Shown here piece by piece: positions 1 to 9,498 of a stretch of 64,000 nucleotides of DNA. The position numbers and the translations under genes were made by a program. The notes beneath the pieces were generated by a model. It did no database searches, was not told the origin of the DNA, and saw nothing but the letters and a program-made list of their open reading frames with translations. Position 1 is the stretch's first letter. Every line of letters starts with the position of its first letter. The DNA is from an uncultured Thermoleophilia bacterium (GTDB taxonomy: Bacteria > Actinomycetota > Thermoleophilia > Gaiellales > Gaiellaceae), in NCBI GenBank assembly GCA_963782615.1, contig CAWAKM010000007.1, positions 1,432 through 65,431 on the forward strand. Direction: 5' to 3'.

Positions 1-2
1 TC

Positions 3-182
3 TGCGCCGGGCTGTCTAATCGTGAGATCGCTAGCAAACTCTTTATAAGTGAGGCGACCGTCAAGGTTCACGTTCATCACATGTTTGACAAGGTTGGCAT
101 CCGGTCCCGAACAGCACTAGCCATGAACGCTGTCCATGAACGGATCCGTCAAGCCACATCGACCATGGACGGAGAGGAGTGA
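3..182 (+). CDS. LuxR/NarL-family regulator, C-terminal HTH (5'-partial, runs off the window start)
   Basis: Manual translation from nt 3: CAGLSNREIASKLFISEATVKVHVHHMFDKVGIRSRTALAM...EE*, a canonical LuxR HTH; not in the ORF track. Confidence 0.85.
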   Translation, partial: CAGLSNREIASKLFISEATVKVHVHHMFDKVGIRSRTALAMNAVHERIRQATSTMDGEE

Positions 183-1579
183 GCAAGTGCCCTGAGTTCA
201 GCCACGCTAATCGGGTGGAAGTCTTCTCTCTTCGCAGTCCTGTACTCCTCCGCCGCACCGGCAAGCAGAGCTTCGAACGCCGCAACAACCGAGGTGTCGA
301 ACTGGCTCTCGACCGCCTGGGCCAATCGGAGACGGGCGACCCGGCTCGGCATGGCATCGCGGTAAGGTCTATCTGAAGTCATCGCGTTGTAGGCGTCTGC
401 CACCGCGATTATCTTTGAGAGTGGAGGGATCAACTCCCCCGGAATGCGATCAGGATACCCTTCGCCGTCGATACGTTCGTGGTGGTGTCGGACGATGAGG
501 GCCACGTCCGCGTATGTCTCGACTCGTTCCAAGATGCTCTCGCCGATCTCGGAGTGGCGTTGCATTTCCCTGCGCTCCTCGAGAGTCAAAGGGCCGTTCT
601 TCAGCAGAAGGCTCGCGGGAAGACCCACCTTTCCGATGTCGTGTACCAAGCCGCAAAGATAGGCGCGTTCCTGCGTCTCAAGAGGCAAGCCCATCCGCTC
701 GCTGATGTCTCGAGAGTAGATTGCAACAGCTTTCGAGTGGCCGGCTGTGTAGAGGTCACTTTGCTCCAAGGTTGCCACCAGGGCCTCTGCAAATTCAAGA
801 TTTGATCGGTTCAAACGCTCGTTGGCGCCCTTTAGATCGAAGGCGAGGGTTCGCTGCTGCAGGTACATCGCAAACAGTCGTTGCGCCGCAAGAGCGGGCG
901 CGATGAAGAGGGGCGCGGTCCACGGCGAGACCTCCGTGTATGCGAGCGTCAGCAGAGCAACAACTGGCGCGTAGACGCACACGGCAGTTGCCAAGAGAGG
1001 CGCGAGAGTACGAGCCGAGAACGACCTTTTGTTCCCGCGTAGCCGCGAGGTGACCATCGCGAAGACAAGTTCAAGTGACTCTCCAGCGATCGAGCCGACG
1101 AGGGTCGCCAGAATCACGCCCCCCGTCCCGTCCGGCCCCCTCGAAAGCATCGCCATGGCAACACCGCCGGTCACGGCGCCCACGAGGAATCGACTGCTCG
1201 TGTAGGTCAGCCACTTCAATCGTGGCGACCTACCGGACGAACCTCGGTCAAGTAGCTCGCTATCGCCGAGCTCTGACGCAGCACCGACGATCCCGCCGGC
1301 CAGAGGCCCGAACAAGACGGCCGCGAAGAGCATCAAGACGGGTGAGATCGAGAGTTCCGTCGTGTCTGTAAATCGGACGCTGCCGCGCTCAGCGATCGCG
1401 GCGGCGAGCGCAAGGATCAAAACGATCCAAATGTTCCCTATTGGTTGACCTACTAGCACCAAGACTCCGGCAGTTCCCAACGCGATCGCCGTCAACACGG
1501 CGACGTAGAGATGAAGTGGGCCGAACCGATCTCCGAGTACGGCCCTTGCGTTATCCCTCGAATGGGGTATACGATTCAT
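149..1579 (-). CDS. Membrane-anchored HD-GYP phosphodiesterase (multi-TM N-terminus)
   Basis: TAGHS, HDIGK, HHERIDGEGYP, VADAYNAMTSDRPYR motifs; hydrophobic N-terminal ~240 aa; exact start uncertain. Confidence 0.9.
   Translation of the reverse strand: MNRIPHSRDNARAVLGDRFGPLHLYVAVLTAIALGTAGVLVLVGQPIGNIWIVLILALAAAIAERGSVRFTDTTELSISPVLMLFAAVLFGPLAGGIVGAASELGDSELLDRGSSGRSPRLKWLTYTSSRFLVGAVTGGVAMAMLSRGPDGTGGVILATLVGSIAGESLELVFAMVTSRLRGNKRSFSARTLAPLLATAVCVYAPVVALLTLAYTEVSPWTAPLFIAPALAAQRLFAMYLQQRTLAFDLKGANERLNRSNLEFAEALVATLEQSDLYTAGHSKAVAIYSRDISERMGLPLETQERAYLCGLVHDIGKVGLPASLLLKNGPLTLEERREMQRHSEIGESILERVETYADVALIVRHHHERIDGEGYPDRIPGELIPPLSKIIAVADAYNAMTSDRPYRDAMPSRVARLRLAQAVESQFDTSVVAAFEALLAGAAEEYRTAKREDFHPISVAELRALAHSSPSMVDVA
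1546..1575 (+). promoter_or_regulatory. Putative sigma-70 promoter for the small peptide gene
   Basis: TTGCGT (1546-1551) N18 TACGAT (1570-1575). Confidence 0.45.
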
Positions 1580-1613
1580 TTGCCGTTAGTCCTCAAATAC
1601 AAGGAGTAGGTCG

Positions 1614-1676
1614 ATGCGGAAAGCATTTCGTGTCGTCCTTTTCGCCGCCATGTCTGCGGGCGTCAAGGACTGGTAG
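1614..1676 (+). CDS. Small 20-aa peptide MRKAFRVVLFAAMSAGVKDW
   Basis: AAGGAG RBS at 1601-1606, 7 nt before ATG; basic-hydrophobic-GxxW layout; below the ORF-track cutoff. Confidence 0.65.
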   Translation: MRKAFRVVLFAAMSAGVKDW

Positions 1677-1760
1677 CCGTCAGATCCTGAGTTCAACGCC
1701 CCTGGTGGGCATCCCTCTATAGGGGGATCCTCCAGATGCTGCGAGGTCAGGATCCGACGG
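1677..1760. terminator. Long stem-loop between the peptide gene and the convergent LuxR gene
   Basis: CCGTCAGATCCTGA (1677-1690) / TCAGGATCCGACGG (1747-1760), 13/14 complementary; starts right after the TAG. Confidence 0.45.
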
Positions 1761-1782
1761 TCTACCCCAACAGAACCAAGCG

Positions 1783-2118
1783 TCAAGCAATGAGCCCACG
1801 CCGATAGCCCACAGCTACGGCGTGGGCTCTACTGCGTGCTTGAAGCTTCGCGAGTAGATGCCGCACATGAGACTTCACCGTCTCCTCCGAGAGGAACAGG
1901 CGCTGGCCGATCTCGCGGTTCACGAGGCCGTCTGCGACAAGCTGCAGTACCTCGATTTCTCGTGCCGTCGGCTCCTGCGCGAGCTCGCGCAAGGCCGGTG
2001 GGTTGAATGCGATCACGGCGCCCGAACGGCTCGTGCTACGCCGGGCCGCAGCTGCCTCGAACCGGCGACTGTGGTCGCGGTACCGGCTCAGAATCTCCTT
2101 GCGCTCTGCGGCATCCAT
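1783..2118 (-). CDS. LuxR-family HTH regulator with short N-terminus, no receiver domain
   Basis: PTAREIEVLQLVADGLVNREIGQRLFLSEETVKSHVRHLLAKL; start placed at the MDAAERK ATG (2118). Confidence 0.85.
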   Translation of the reverse strand: MDAAERKEILSRYRDHSRRFEAAAARRSTSRSGAVIAFNPPALRELAQEPTAREIEVLQLVADGLVNREIGQRLFLSEETVKSHVRHLLAKLQARSRAHAVAVGYRRGLIA

Positions 2119-2277
2119 ATGGCCGTTTGTATCGGCGCACCACAGCGCGGCTTTAGCCTGAAACAGCGAAATTGAGCGACAATCACCCACCGCGGGGGAG
2201 TCGCGCCTCGCAGGCCGCGCCACGCGCGGAGCCGCCTGGACGGGCATGACCCACCCAGGCGGTATTGCTGCGTGTTC

Positions 2278-3378
2278 CTAGGCCGCGAGCGAGGCGAGTT
2301 CGCGGAGGGCTGCCAGCCGTGAAAGCGCCTGGCCCTCGAGCTGTCGGACCCGCTCGCGGGTCAGATCCAGTTCGTGGCCGATCGCCTCGAGCGTCCACGG
2401 CTCGCCCTCGAATCCGAACCGCAGCTCGAGAATCCGGCGTTCCCGCTCGGGCAGCGCATCGAGTGCCCGCCTGACGCCCTGGCGTCGCAAGGACTCCTCG
2501 GCCTCCTCGAACGGATCGGCTGCCTCACGATCGGCGAACAGATCGCCCAGTTCACCTTCGTCGTCCGCGCCGACGGTCTGGTTCAACGAAACGGACGCGT
2601 GCGCGGCGCCGAGCGCTTCGTCGACATGCTGGATCGGAAGGCCTGTTGCGTCGGCGAGCTCCTGCTTGGTTGCCTCGCGCCCGAGTTCGACCTCGAGCCG
2701 TCTGGCCGCGCGCGACAACTTCTGCTGTCGCTCCACGACATGAACCGGCACCCGGATCGTGCGGGCATGGTTTGCGACGGCACGCTGGACCGACTGCCGG
2801 ATCCACCAGGTCGCATACGTCGAGAACTTGAATCCGCGGCGCCAGTCGAACTTCTCGACCGCACGGTTGAGGCCGAGCGTTCCCTCTTGGATCAGGTCGA
2901 GGAACGGCACTCCCAGCCCGCGGTAACCCTTCGCGATCGACACCACGAGGCGAAGGTTCGACTCGATCATTCGGCGCTTCGCGACTGGGTCACCTCGCTC
3001 TATGCGCTTCGCGAGGGTCACCTCGTCGGCGGCCGTCAACAGCTTGTGGCGACCGACGTCCGCCAGGAACAGCTGCAGCGAATCCGCAGCGCCCGAAAGT
3101 GACTCGGCCGCCCAGACGGCGGCTTCCGCCTCCTCCTTCTTGCGCTCCGCGTCCGCCAACTGCTTCTTCGCGTCCGCGTCCGCCTGCGGTTGCCCGACCT
3201 CGAGGCCGATGGTCTCGAGCTCGCGCGTGACCTGCTCCGCTTCCTCGTCGTTCAGCTCGTGCTCGAGAACGAACGCCTCGAGCTCGATCGGCTCCACCCA
3301 GCCGCGCTCCTCCGAGCGCTCGATCAGACCCTTGATCTGATCGGATTCGAACAGTTCTGTCAGCTGGTTCTGCGTCAA
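2278..3378 (-). CDS. Sigma-70 family factor, RpoD/SigA-like with region 1.1
   Basis: [51 protein letters not shown]; no adjacent dnaG, so possibly a paralog. Confidence 0.92.
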   Translation of the reverse strand: MTQNQLTELFESDQIKGLIERSEERGWVEPIELEAFVLEHELNDEEAEQVTRELETIGLEVGQPQADADAKKQLADAERKKEEAEAAVWAAESLSGAADSLQLFLADVGRHKLLTAADEVTLAKRIERGDPVAKRRMIESNLRLVVSIAKGYRGLGVPFLDLIQEGTLGLNRAVEKFDWRRGFKFSTYATWWIRQSVQRAVANHARTIRVPVHVVERQQKLSRAARRLEVELGREATKQELADATGLPIQHVDEALGAAHASVSLNQTVGADDEGELGDLFADREAADPFEEAEESLRRQGVRRALDALPERERRILELRFGFEGEPWTLEAIGHELDLTRERVRQLEGQALSRLAALRELASLAA

Positions 3379-3605
3379 GAGGGTGTGTCAGTCCTTTCGC
3401 GTACCCCGGTGTGCACAATCTTCATTGACTCTATGCAGGTTTGCCCGGTTTTTCCAGGCTTGTAACCCCCACGCAGCTGTCACAAGCTCACAACGCGAGC
3501 GGTGCGAGCGTTATTCCATCGGCGCAGAGAGCGGATCACGATAGTCCGGCGGAGCGAAGAAACCGGCGCCGGACGTATGACCATAGAGCATCGGCCGGTC
3601 GCGTG

Positions 3606-6179
3606 TCAGCGCTTACCGGCGACGCGACGTGTCTTCTTCGGCGTGGGCCCCTTGGCCCGCCGCTCAGCCAACAGCTCGAGCGCCCGGTCCATCGTGAGGC
3701 CCTCGGCGTCGTCCCCGCGACGCAGACTGGCGTTCGTCTCACCATCCGTCACATACGGCCCGAATCGACCGTCCTTGACGACGATGGGTCTCCCCGACAT
3801 CGGGTCCGGGCCGAGGTCCTTCAACGGCGGCTTCGCCTGCCCCCTGCCCCGCCGCTCCTTCGGCTGTGCGAGCAACGCGACCGCTTCGTCGGCCGTGACG
3901 GTGAAGAGCTGCTCCTCGTCCGCGAGCGAGCGAGTCTCGGCGCCTTTCTTGATATACGGGCCATATCGTCCGTTTGCGACGTGGATCTCCTCGCCGTCCG
4001 GCGTGTTCAACGTCCGGGGCAGCGAGAGCAGCCGCAGGGCGTCCTCGAGCGTCACCGTCTCGAGCGACATCGTCTTGAAGAGCGAGCCCGTGCGGGGCTT
4101 TTCGTCCGAGCCCTCGTCCAGCACCTCGCTGACGTACGGGCCGTAGCGCCCCGCGCGCGCAACGACCTGACGGCCTGATACGGGATCGACCCCGAGGTCA
4201 CGGTCGCCCGACGGCGTGGCGAGCAACTCCTCCGCCTTCTCACGGGTCAGCTCATCCGGTGCCATGTCGTCGGGAACGCTCGCGCGTTCCTCGCCGCGCT
4301 GCAGGTACGGCCCATACCGACCGACCCGCAGCACGATCCCCTCCGCGCCTGGGATCTCGATCGAATTCACGTCACGCGCGTCGATCGCATCGAGATGGTC
4401 GGTGACGAGTGCATGCAGCCCTTCCTCGCCTTCCGTCCCCCGGTAGAAGCGGCTCAACCAGTCGACCCTGTTCTCGTCACCCTGCGCGATCCGATCGAGA
4501 TCGTCCTCCAACCGAGCGGTGAAGTCGTAGTCGACCAGGCGCTCGAAATGCTTCTCGAGCAGCTTCGTGACCGAGAACGCGAGGAATGTCGGCACCAGAG
4601 CGGTGCCCTTCTTGAAGACGTAGCCGCGCTCGAGGATCGTCCCCATGATCGACGCGTACGTCGACGGTCTCCCAATGCCCCGATCCTCGAGCGCCTTTAC
4701 GAGGGATGCCTCCGTGTAACGGGCGGGCGGGGAGGTGGAATGGCCGTCGGGCTCGAGCATCGAGGGCTCGACCTGTTCGCCGACCTGGAGCGGGGGTAGC
4801 CGGCGCTCGTCGTCGCCGTTGCGCGACTCGTCGTCCCGGCTCTCCTCGTACGCGGCGAGGAAGCCCCTGAACGTGATCACGGTGCCCGACGCGCCGAACT
4901 CGGCGTCGCGCCCGTCCGACGCAGCCGCACCGAGTCGTAGCGAGACGGTCTGCCCGCGTGCGTCCTCCATCTGTGAGGCGACCGTTCGTTTCCAGACGAG
5001 TTCGTACAGCGCATGCTCGTCGCGGGACAGCTCACGTTCCACCTCGGGCGGAGTGCGGAATGCGTCTCCGGCGGGACGAATCGCCTCGTGCGCCTCTTGG
5101 GCGTTCTTCACCTTGCGCTCGTAGTGGCGCGGTGCGGCAGGGACGAACTCCGCTCCGTACAACTGTGCCGCTTGCACACGCGCCGCCGTCAGCGCCGACT
5201 CCGAGAGCGTCGTCGAGTCGGTTCGCATATAGGTGATGTATCCGTTTTCGTACAGGCGTTGTGCTACCCGCATCGTCGTCTGTGACGAGAACCGCAGCTT
5301 CCGACTTGCTTCCTGTTGCAGTGTCGACGTCATGAACGGAGCCGCCGGGCGCCGAGTGTACGGCTTCTCCTCCACCGACCGCACCGCGAACGGCGCGCCG
5401 TCGAGCGCGGTTGCGAGCGTGCGCGCGGCGTCTTCGTCGAGTGCCAGGATGTCGGACTTGAGACGGCCGTCGTCGCCAAAGTCACGGCCTTGTGCGACGC
5501 GCCGATCGTCGACGGCGACGAGTCTCGCCTCGAACGCGCCCGGGTCGAACGTGCCAACAATGTCCCAGTAGGCGGCCGGCACGAACAGCATTCGCTCCCG
5601 TTCCCGCTCGACCACGAGCCGTGTCGCAACCGACTGGACGCGACCCGCTGAAAGCCCCTGCATCACCTTCTTCCACAGGACGGGCGACACCTCATATCCG
5701 TAGAGGCGGTCGAGGATCCTCCGGGTTTCCTGTGCGTCGACCAGGCGCTCGTCGATCTCGCGGGTCTCGCCAAGGGCGCGCTCGATCGCCTCACGCGTGA
5801 TCTCGTGGAACACCATGCGCCTGACAGGCACCTTCGGCTTCAGCACTTCGAGCAGATGCCAGGCGATGGCCTCCCCCTCGCGATCCTCGTCGGTCGCGAG
5901 CAGGAGCTCGGTCGCGCCCTTCAGCTCGCGCTTCAGCTGTTCGACCTTTTTCTTCTTGTCCGGATCGACCACATACAACGGTTGGAACTGGTCATCGACG
6001 TTGACGCCGAGCCGCGCCCACTGTTCCTTTTTCGCTGCAGCAGGAATATCGGCGGCGCGGTTCGGAAGATCGCGAATGTGGCCGATCGAGGACTCGACCA
6101 CGTAGCCGTCGCCGAGATACCCGGCAATGGTCTTTGCCTTGGCGGGAGACTCGACGATCACGAGACGACGTTCGGCCAC
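3606..6179 (-). CDS. topA: DNA topoisomerase I with actinobacterial C-terminal repeats
   Basis: LVIVESPAKAKTI, ATDEDREGEAIAWH, SAGRVQS, GYITYMRTDS, GRYGPY repeats; GTG start at 6179. Confidence 0.97.
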   Translation of the reverse strand: MAERRLVIVESPAKAKTIAGYLGDGYVVESSIGHIRDLPNRAADIPAAAKKEQWARLGVNVDDQFQPLYVVDPDKKKKVEQLKRELKGATELLLATDEDREGEAIAWHLLEVLKPKVPVRRMVFHEITREAIERALGETREIDERLVDAQETRRILDRLYGYEVSPVLWKKVMQGLSAGRVQSVATRLVVERERERMLFVPAAYWDIVGTFDPGAFEARLVAVDDRRVAQGRDFGDDGRLKSDILALDEDAARTLATALDGAPFAVRSVEEKPYTRRPAAPFMTSTLQQEASRKLRFSSQTTMRVAQRLYENGYITYMRTDSTTLSESALTAARVQAAQLYGAEFVPAAPRHYERKVKNAQEAHEAIRPAGDAFRTPPEVERELSRDEHALYELVWKRTVASQMEDARGQTVSLRLGAAASDGRDAEFGASGTVITFRGFLAAYEESRDDESRNGDDERRLPPLQVGEQVEPSMLEPDGHSTSPPARYTEASLVKALEDRGIGRPSTYASIMGTILERGYVFKKGTALVPTFLAFSVTKLLEKHFERLVDYDFTARLEDDLDRIAQGDENRVDWLSRFYRGTEGEEGLHALVTDHLDAIDARDVNSIEIPGAEGIVLRVGRYGPYLQRGEERASVPDDMAPDELTREKAEELLATPSGDRDLGVDPVSGRQVVARAGRYGPYVSEVLDEGSDEKPRTGSLFKTMSLETVTLEDALRLLSLPRTLNTPDGEEIHVANGRYGPYIKKGAETRSLADEEQLFTVTADEAVALLAQPKERRGRGQAKPPLKDLGPDPMSGRPIVVKDGRFGPYVTDGETNASLRRGDDAEGLTMDRALELLAERRAKGPTPKKTRRVAGKR

Positions 6180-6299
6180 GGGTGCCCTTTTCGGGTTGGG
6201 TGACGGGATCCTCCCCGGCCGACGGCCGGGTGCGCGGGTCACCATAGCGGTGGCGTGTCCCACCGCAAGTGTCCCGAACGGGCGATACTGGAACCGCCG

Positions 6300-6929
6300 A
6301 TGTCCGTGAATCCCCGTCCGAGCTGGCCGTATCTCGTCATTGGCGGGCTTAGCTACCCGGTGCTTCGCGTTCTCTATCGAGAGCGCTGGCAGGGGGTCGA
6401 ACGGCTACCTGCCACCGGGGGCTATGTCCTTGCCGCCAACCACTGGTCGAGCTTCGACCCCTGGCCGCTCGGGATGGCGCTGTTCCCTCGCCGGTACCTG
6501 CGTTTCATGGCCAAGTCAGAGCTGTTCTGGTTCCCGCTCGGGCCGTTCATCACCGCGTGCGGCGCATTTCGAGTCCGGCGAGGGCAGCGTGATCAGGATG
6601 CGGTCGACACCGCCGTGCGCCTCTGCCGCGAAGGCCACGTTGTGGTCATGTTCCCGGAGGGCACGAGACGGGAGAAGGGCTTGCGGAAGCGGCACGAGGC
6701 ACGCTGGCGCTCGGGCGCTGCCCGCATTGCGCTCGAGGCCGGCGTTCCCCTCGTGCCGGCTGGAATCTCCGGCACATCGGAGCTGACCCGTCTCGGCGCA
6801 ATCCGGGTGGCGTTCGGGGACCCGATCGCAGTCGGCGATCTTGCCGTCATGCCCGTCGAGGACGCAGCACGTGCTGCGACCGATCGGCTGAGGGCGACAA
6901 TTGCCGAGCTCGAGGCCTCGCTGCCTTGA
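6300..6929 (+). CDS. Lysophospholipid acyltransferase (PlsC family)
   Basis: NHWSSFD (NHxSxxD), FMAKSELF, FPEGTR motifs. Confidence 0.9.
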   Translation: MSVNPRPSWPYLVIGGLSYPVLRVLYRERWQGVERLPATGGYVLAANHWSSFDPWPLGMALFPRRYLRFMAKSELFWFPLGPFITACGAFRVRRGQRDQDAVDTAVRLCREGHVVVMFPEGTRREKGLRKRHEARWRSGAARIALEAGVPLVPAGISGTSELTRLGAIRVAFGDPIAVGDLAVMPVEDAARAATDRLRATIAELEASLP

Positions 6930-7750
6930 GGCCGCTGCTCGCAGTCGATGGCGACTCGTTCGCGCACCGCGCGTTCCACGCGCTGCCGCGGTCGTTCAGG
7001 CGGGACGACAACGGGCCGGCCAACACTCTGATCGGGTTCATGTCGATGCTGCTTCGCCTCTGGCAGGCGGAGCGCCCGCGGGCCGTCGTCGTCGGGTGGG
7101 ACACGCTCGGGGTGCCGACATACCGCAACGAATTGCTCGCTACGTACCAGTCGGGGCGGGAATTCGACCCGGAGATCGTCGATCAGCTCGCGCTCCTTCC
7201 GGCTCTCGTCTCCTCGACCGGGATCGTCTGCGGTAAGGAAGGAGGGTACGAAGCCGACGACTTTCTCGCGGCCGCAGTCGCCGCCGAGCGCGCGGTCGGC
7301 GGCACCACGCTCGTTGCGACTTCGGATCGAGACGCATTCCAACTCGCCGCAGCCGACGTCACGATCCTGCAACCCGTGCGTGGCGTCAGCGAGCTGCAGC
7401 GAATCGGCCCGGCAGAGGTGCGAGATCGCTACGGGGTCGAGCCGCGCCAGGTGTGCGATTTCATCGCGCTTCGTGGCGATCCGTCGGATCGGATCCCGGG
7501 AGCCCGCGGGGTCGGCGAGAAGACCGCCGCAGCCTTGCTTCAGACCTACCCCGACTTGGACGCAATGATCGCTGCAGGTCGATTCGAGACCGAAGCGGCG
7601 CAACTCCGGATCTTCCGACAGATCGCGACTCTCGACCCGAGCGCCCCGTTGCCCGACGTACCCGACCTCGAGCCGGATTGGGCGGCCGGAGCTCGAGCGG
7701 CCGAAGAGCTCGGGGTAGACCGCCTCGCCGCACGACTCCGTGAGGTCTGA
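6926..7750 (+). CDS. Stand-alone 5'-3' exonuclease / flap endonuclease
   Basis: [44 protein letters not shown]; no polymerase domain. Confidence 0.9.
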   Translation: MRPLLAVDGDSFAHRAFHALPRSFRRDDNGPANTLIGFMSMLLRLWQAERPRAVVVGWDTLGVPTYRNELLATYQSGREFDPEIVDQLALLPALVSSTGIVCGKEGGYEADDFLAAAVAAERAVGGTTLVATSDRDAFQLAAADVTILQPVRGVSELQRIGPAEVRDRYGVEPRQVCDFIALRGDPSDRIPGARGVGEKTAAALLQTYPDLDAMIAAGRFETEAAQLRIFRQIATLDPSAPLPDVPDLEPDWAAGARAAEELGVDRLAARLREV

Positions 7751-7776
7751 CCATCGAACCCGTCAGTCACCCGGCG

Positions 7777-8607
7777 ATGGCGCATCTGCATCCCACAGGC
7801 CATCATCATCACCCCGAGCGTGAAGAGCGCCTCCTCTGTCTCATCGAGGCACTCAGGCCCGAGCTCGAAGGCGGGCGGGCCAGCCCGGCCTCGATCGCGC
7901 GGGCCCACGACGCCGACTACATCGCGCGCATCGCCGCGCTGGCCACGGAATGTTGGCTCGACGGCGATACGATCGGCCAACCGACCACCTGGGAGGCTGC
8001 GCGCCTCGCGGCGGGATGTGCAATCCGAGCGGTCGAGGTGGGAGGCTTCGCGCTCGTGCGGCCGCCGGGTCACCACGCGCTTGCCGACCGGGCGATGGGT
8101 TTCTGTATCTTCGGCAATGCCGTCATCGCTGCCCGGCACGCGCAGGCCGAGCTCGGCATCGAGCGCGTCGCTATCGTCGACTGGGACGTGCACCACGGCA
8201 ACGGCACCGAGGCCATGGTTCGTGGTGACGACTCGATTCTCTTCGTTTCGCTTCACGAGTGGCCGTTCTACCCAGGGACCGGTGGTCCGGGCACAGGCGA
8301 TGCGACAATCGTGAACATCCCGCTTGCGGCCGGTTCCGGCGACAGGGAGTACGCCGAGGCGTTTCGCACGGCCGTCGAGCCCACGGTGAGGTCGTACGAC
8401 CCTGGGTTGCTGATCGTCTCGGCCGGGTTCGATGCTCATGTGGACGACCCGTTGGCCGGCATGTCCGTCACAGCAGATGGGTTCCGGGACCTGGCCGCTC
8501 GGTGTACCCAGCTCGCTCCGCGGGTTGCGGCAGTTCTCGAGGGCGGCTACAACCTCGAGACACTGCCCGGTCTCGTGGAAGCGGCACTCGACGGATTCTC
8601 GTCGTAG
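7777..8607 (+). CDS. Histone deacetylase-family hydrolase
   Basis: [36 protein letters not shown]. Confidence 0.93.
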   Translation: MAHLHPTGHHHHPEREERLLCLIEALRPELEGGRASPASIARAHDADYIARIAALATECWLDGDTIGQPTTWEAARLAAGCAIRAVEVGGFALVRPPGHHALADRAMGFCIFGNAVIAARHAQAELGIERVAIVDWDVHHGNGTEAMVRGDDSILFVSLHEWPFYPGTGGPGTGDATIVNIPLAAGSGDREYAEAFRTAVEPTVRSYDPGLLIVSAGFDAHVDDPLAGMSVTADGFRDLAARCTQLAPRVAAVLEGGYNLETLPGLVEAALDGFSS

Positions 8608-8817
8608 GAGCCCGACTGCATCTCAGCAGTGCCACCAACGGCCCCGGGACGTTGAAACGGCCGGGGTGCGGCCCGGCCGTTCCATTGCGGTTCCACCCCG
8701 CGAGCTCCTGAAGGAACCTGCGTGGTGACAGTATCGGCGCCTGGACGCCACGTCGTAATCGCCCGGCTTTGACGAACGCCATCCCTTCTCGTGAGGGATC
8801 TTGCAGGGTGTGCCGCG

Positions 8818-9456
8818 TCAGCGGCGCGCCGTCGCGAGACGCTCGAGTGCGTCGCGGCGTGACGAGACTCCGAGCTTGCGCAGCAAGCTCTTGACGTGCG
8901 AGCGCACCGTGTGCTCGGAGATGTAGAGCCGCGTTGCGATCTCGTCGGTGCCGAGATGCTCGTCGAGCAGCAGCAGCACCTCGACCTCGCGGGCCGAAAG
9001 CTTTTTGGCGACCTCGTCCGGCACGCCTCCCATGCGGCCGCCTTCACGAACACGGTCGAGCAGGCGGCGGGCAATGGAGCCCGAGAGGGCTGCCTCACCG
9101 TGAGCGACGCCGCGGAGGAACAAAGCGATGCGCTCGGGAGGCTCGCTCTTCAAGAGGTAGCCGGCAGCGCCGGCTCGGATTGCTTCCAGAAGGTTCTCGT
9201 CTGTTCCGGATGCCGTGAGAACGACAACCTCGCTCTCGGGCGAGGCCTCGCGAATGTGCGGTAGGGCGGCCAAGCCGTCCATGCCAGGCATGGTCAGATC
9301 GAGAAGAACAAGCCTGGGGCGAAGCCTTCGGGCCTCGGCGATCGCTTCCTCGCCGTCGGATGCCTGCCCGACGACGTCGAAGCCGTGCTGCCCCAGAAGA
9401 GACGCAAGGGCCTCGCGCGTCAGCGGGTGATCGTCCGCGATCAGGATGCTCGCCAT
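8818..9456 (-). CDS. NarL/LuxR-family response regulator
   Basis: MASILIADDHPL, LLDLTMPGMDG, GYLLKS, C-terminal LuxR HTH. Confidence 0.93.
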   Translation of the reverse strand: MASILIADDHPLTREALASLLGQHGFDVVGQASDGEEAIAEARRLRPRLVLLDLTMPGMDGLAALPHIREASPESEVVVLTASGTDENLLEAIRAGAAGYLLKSEPPERIALFLRGVAHGEAALSGSIARRLLDRVREGGRMGGVPDEVAKKLSAREVEVLLLLDEHLGTDEIATRLYISEHTVRSHVKSLLRKLGVSSRRDALERLATARR

Positions 9457-9498
9457 ACAACCCTCATCGGCAACCGGCCCTCTGCCGATTAGAGGAAT

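Noticed and set aside
1586-1651. Minus-strand micro-ORF MAAKRTTRNAFRIDLLLVFED as an HD-GYP leader peptide
   Set aside because: No RBS; it is the antisense shadow of the plus-strand peptide, which has an RBS and promoter
1792-1829. 12-bp inverted repeat as a terminator
   Set aside because: Lies wholly inside the LuxR coding sequence (AHAVAVGYRRGL); probably incidental
8608-8817. Known riboswitch (ZTP, SAM, cobalamin) or SRP RNA
   Set aside because: Only partial look-alike words (e.g. CCTGAAGGAACCTGC); core consensus missing, and the position is 3' of both neighbours
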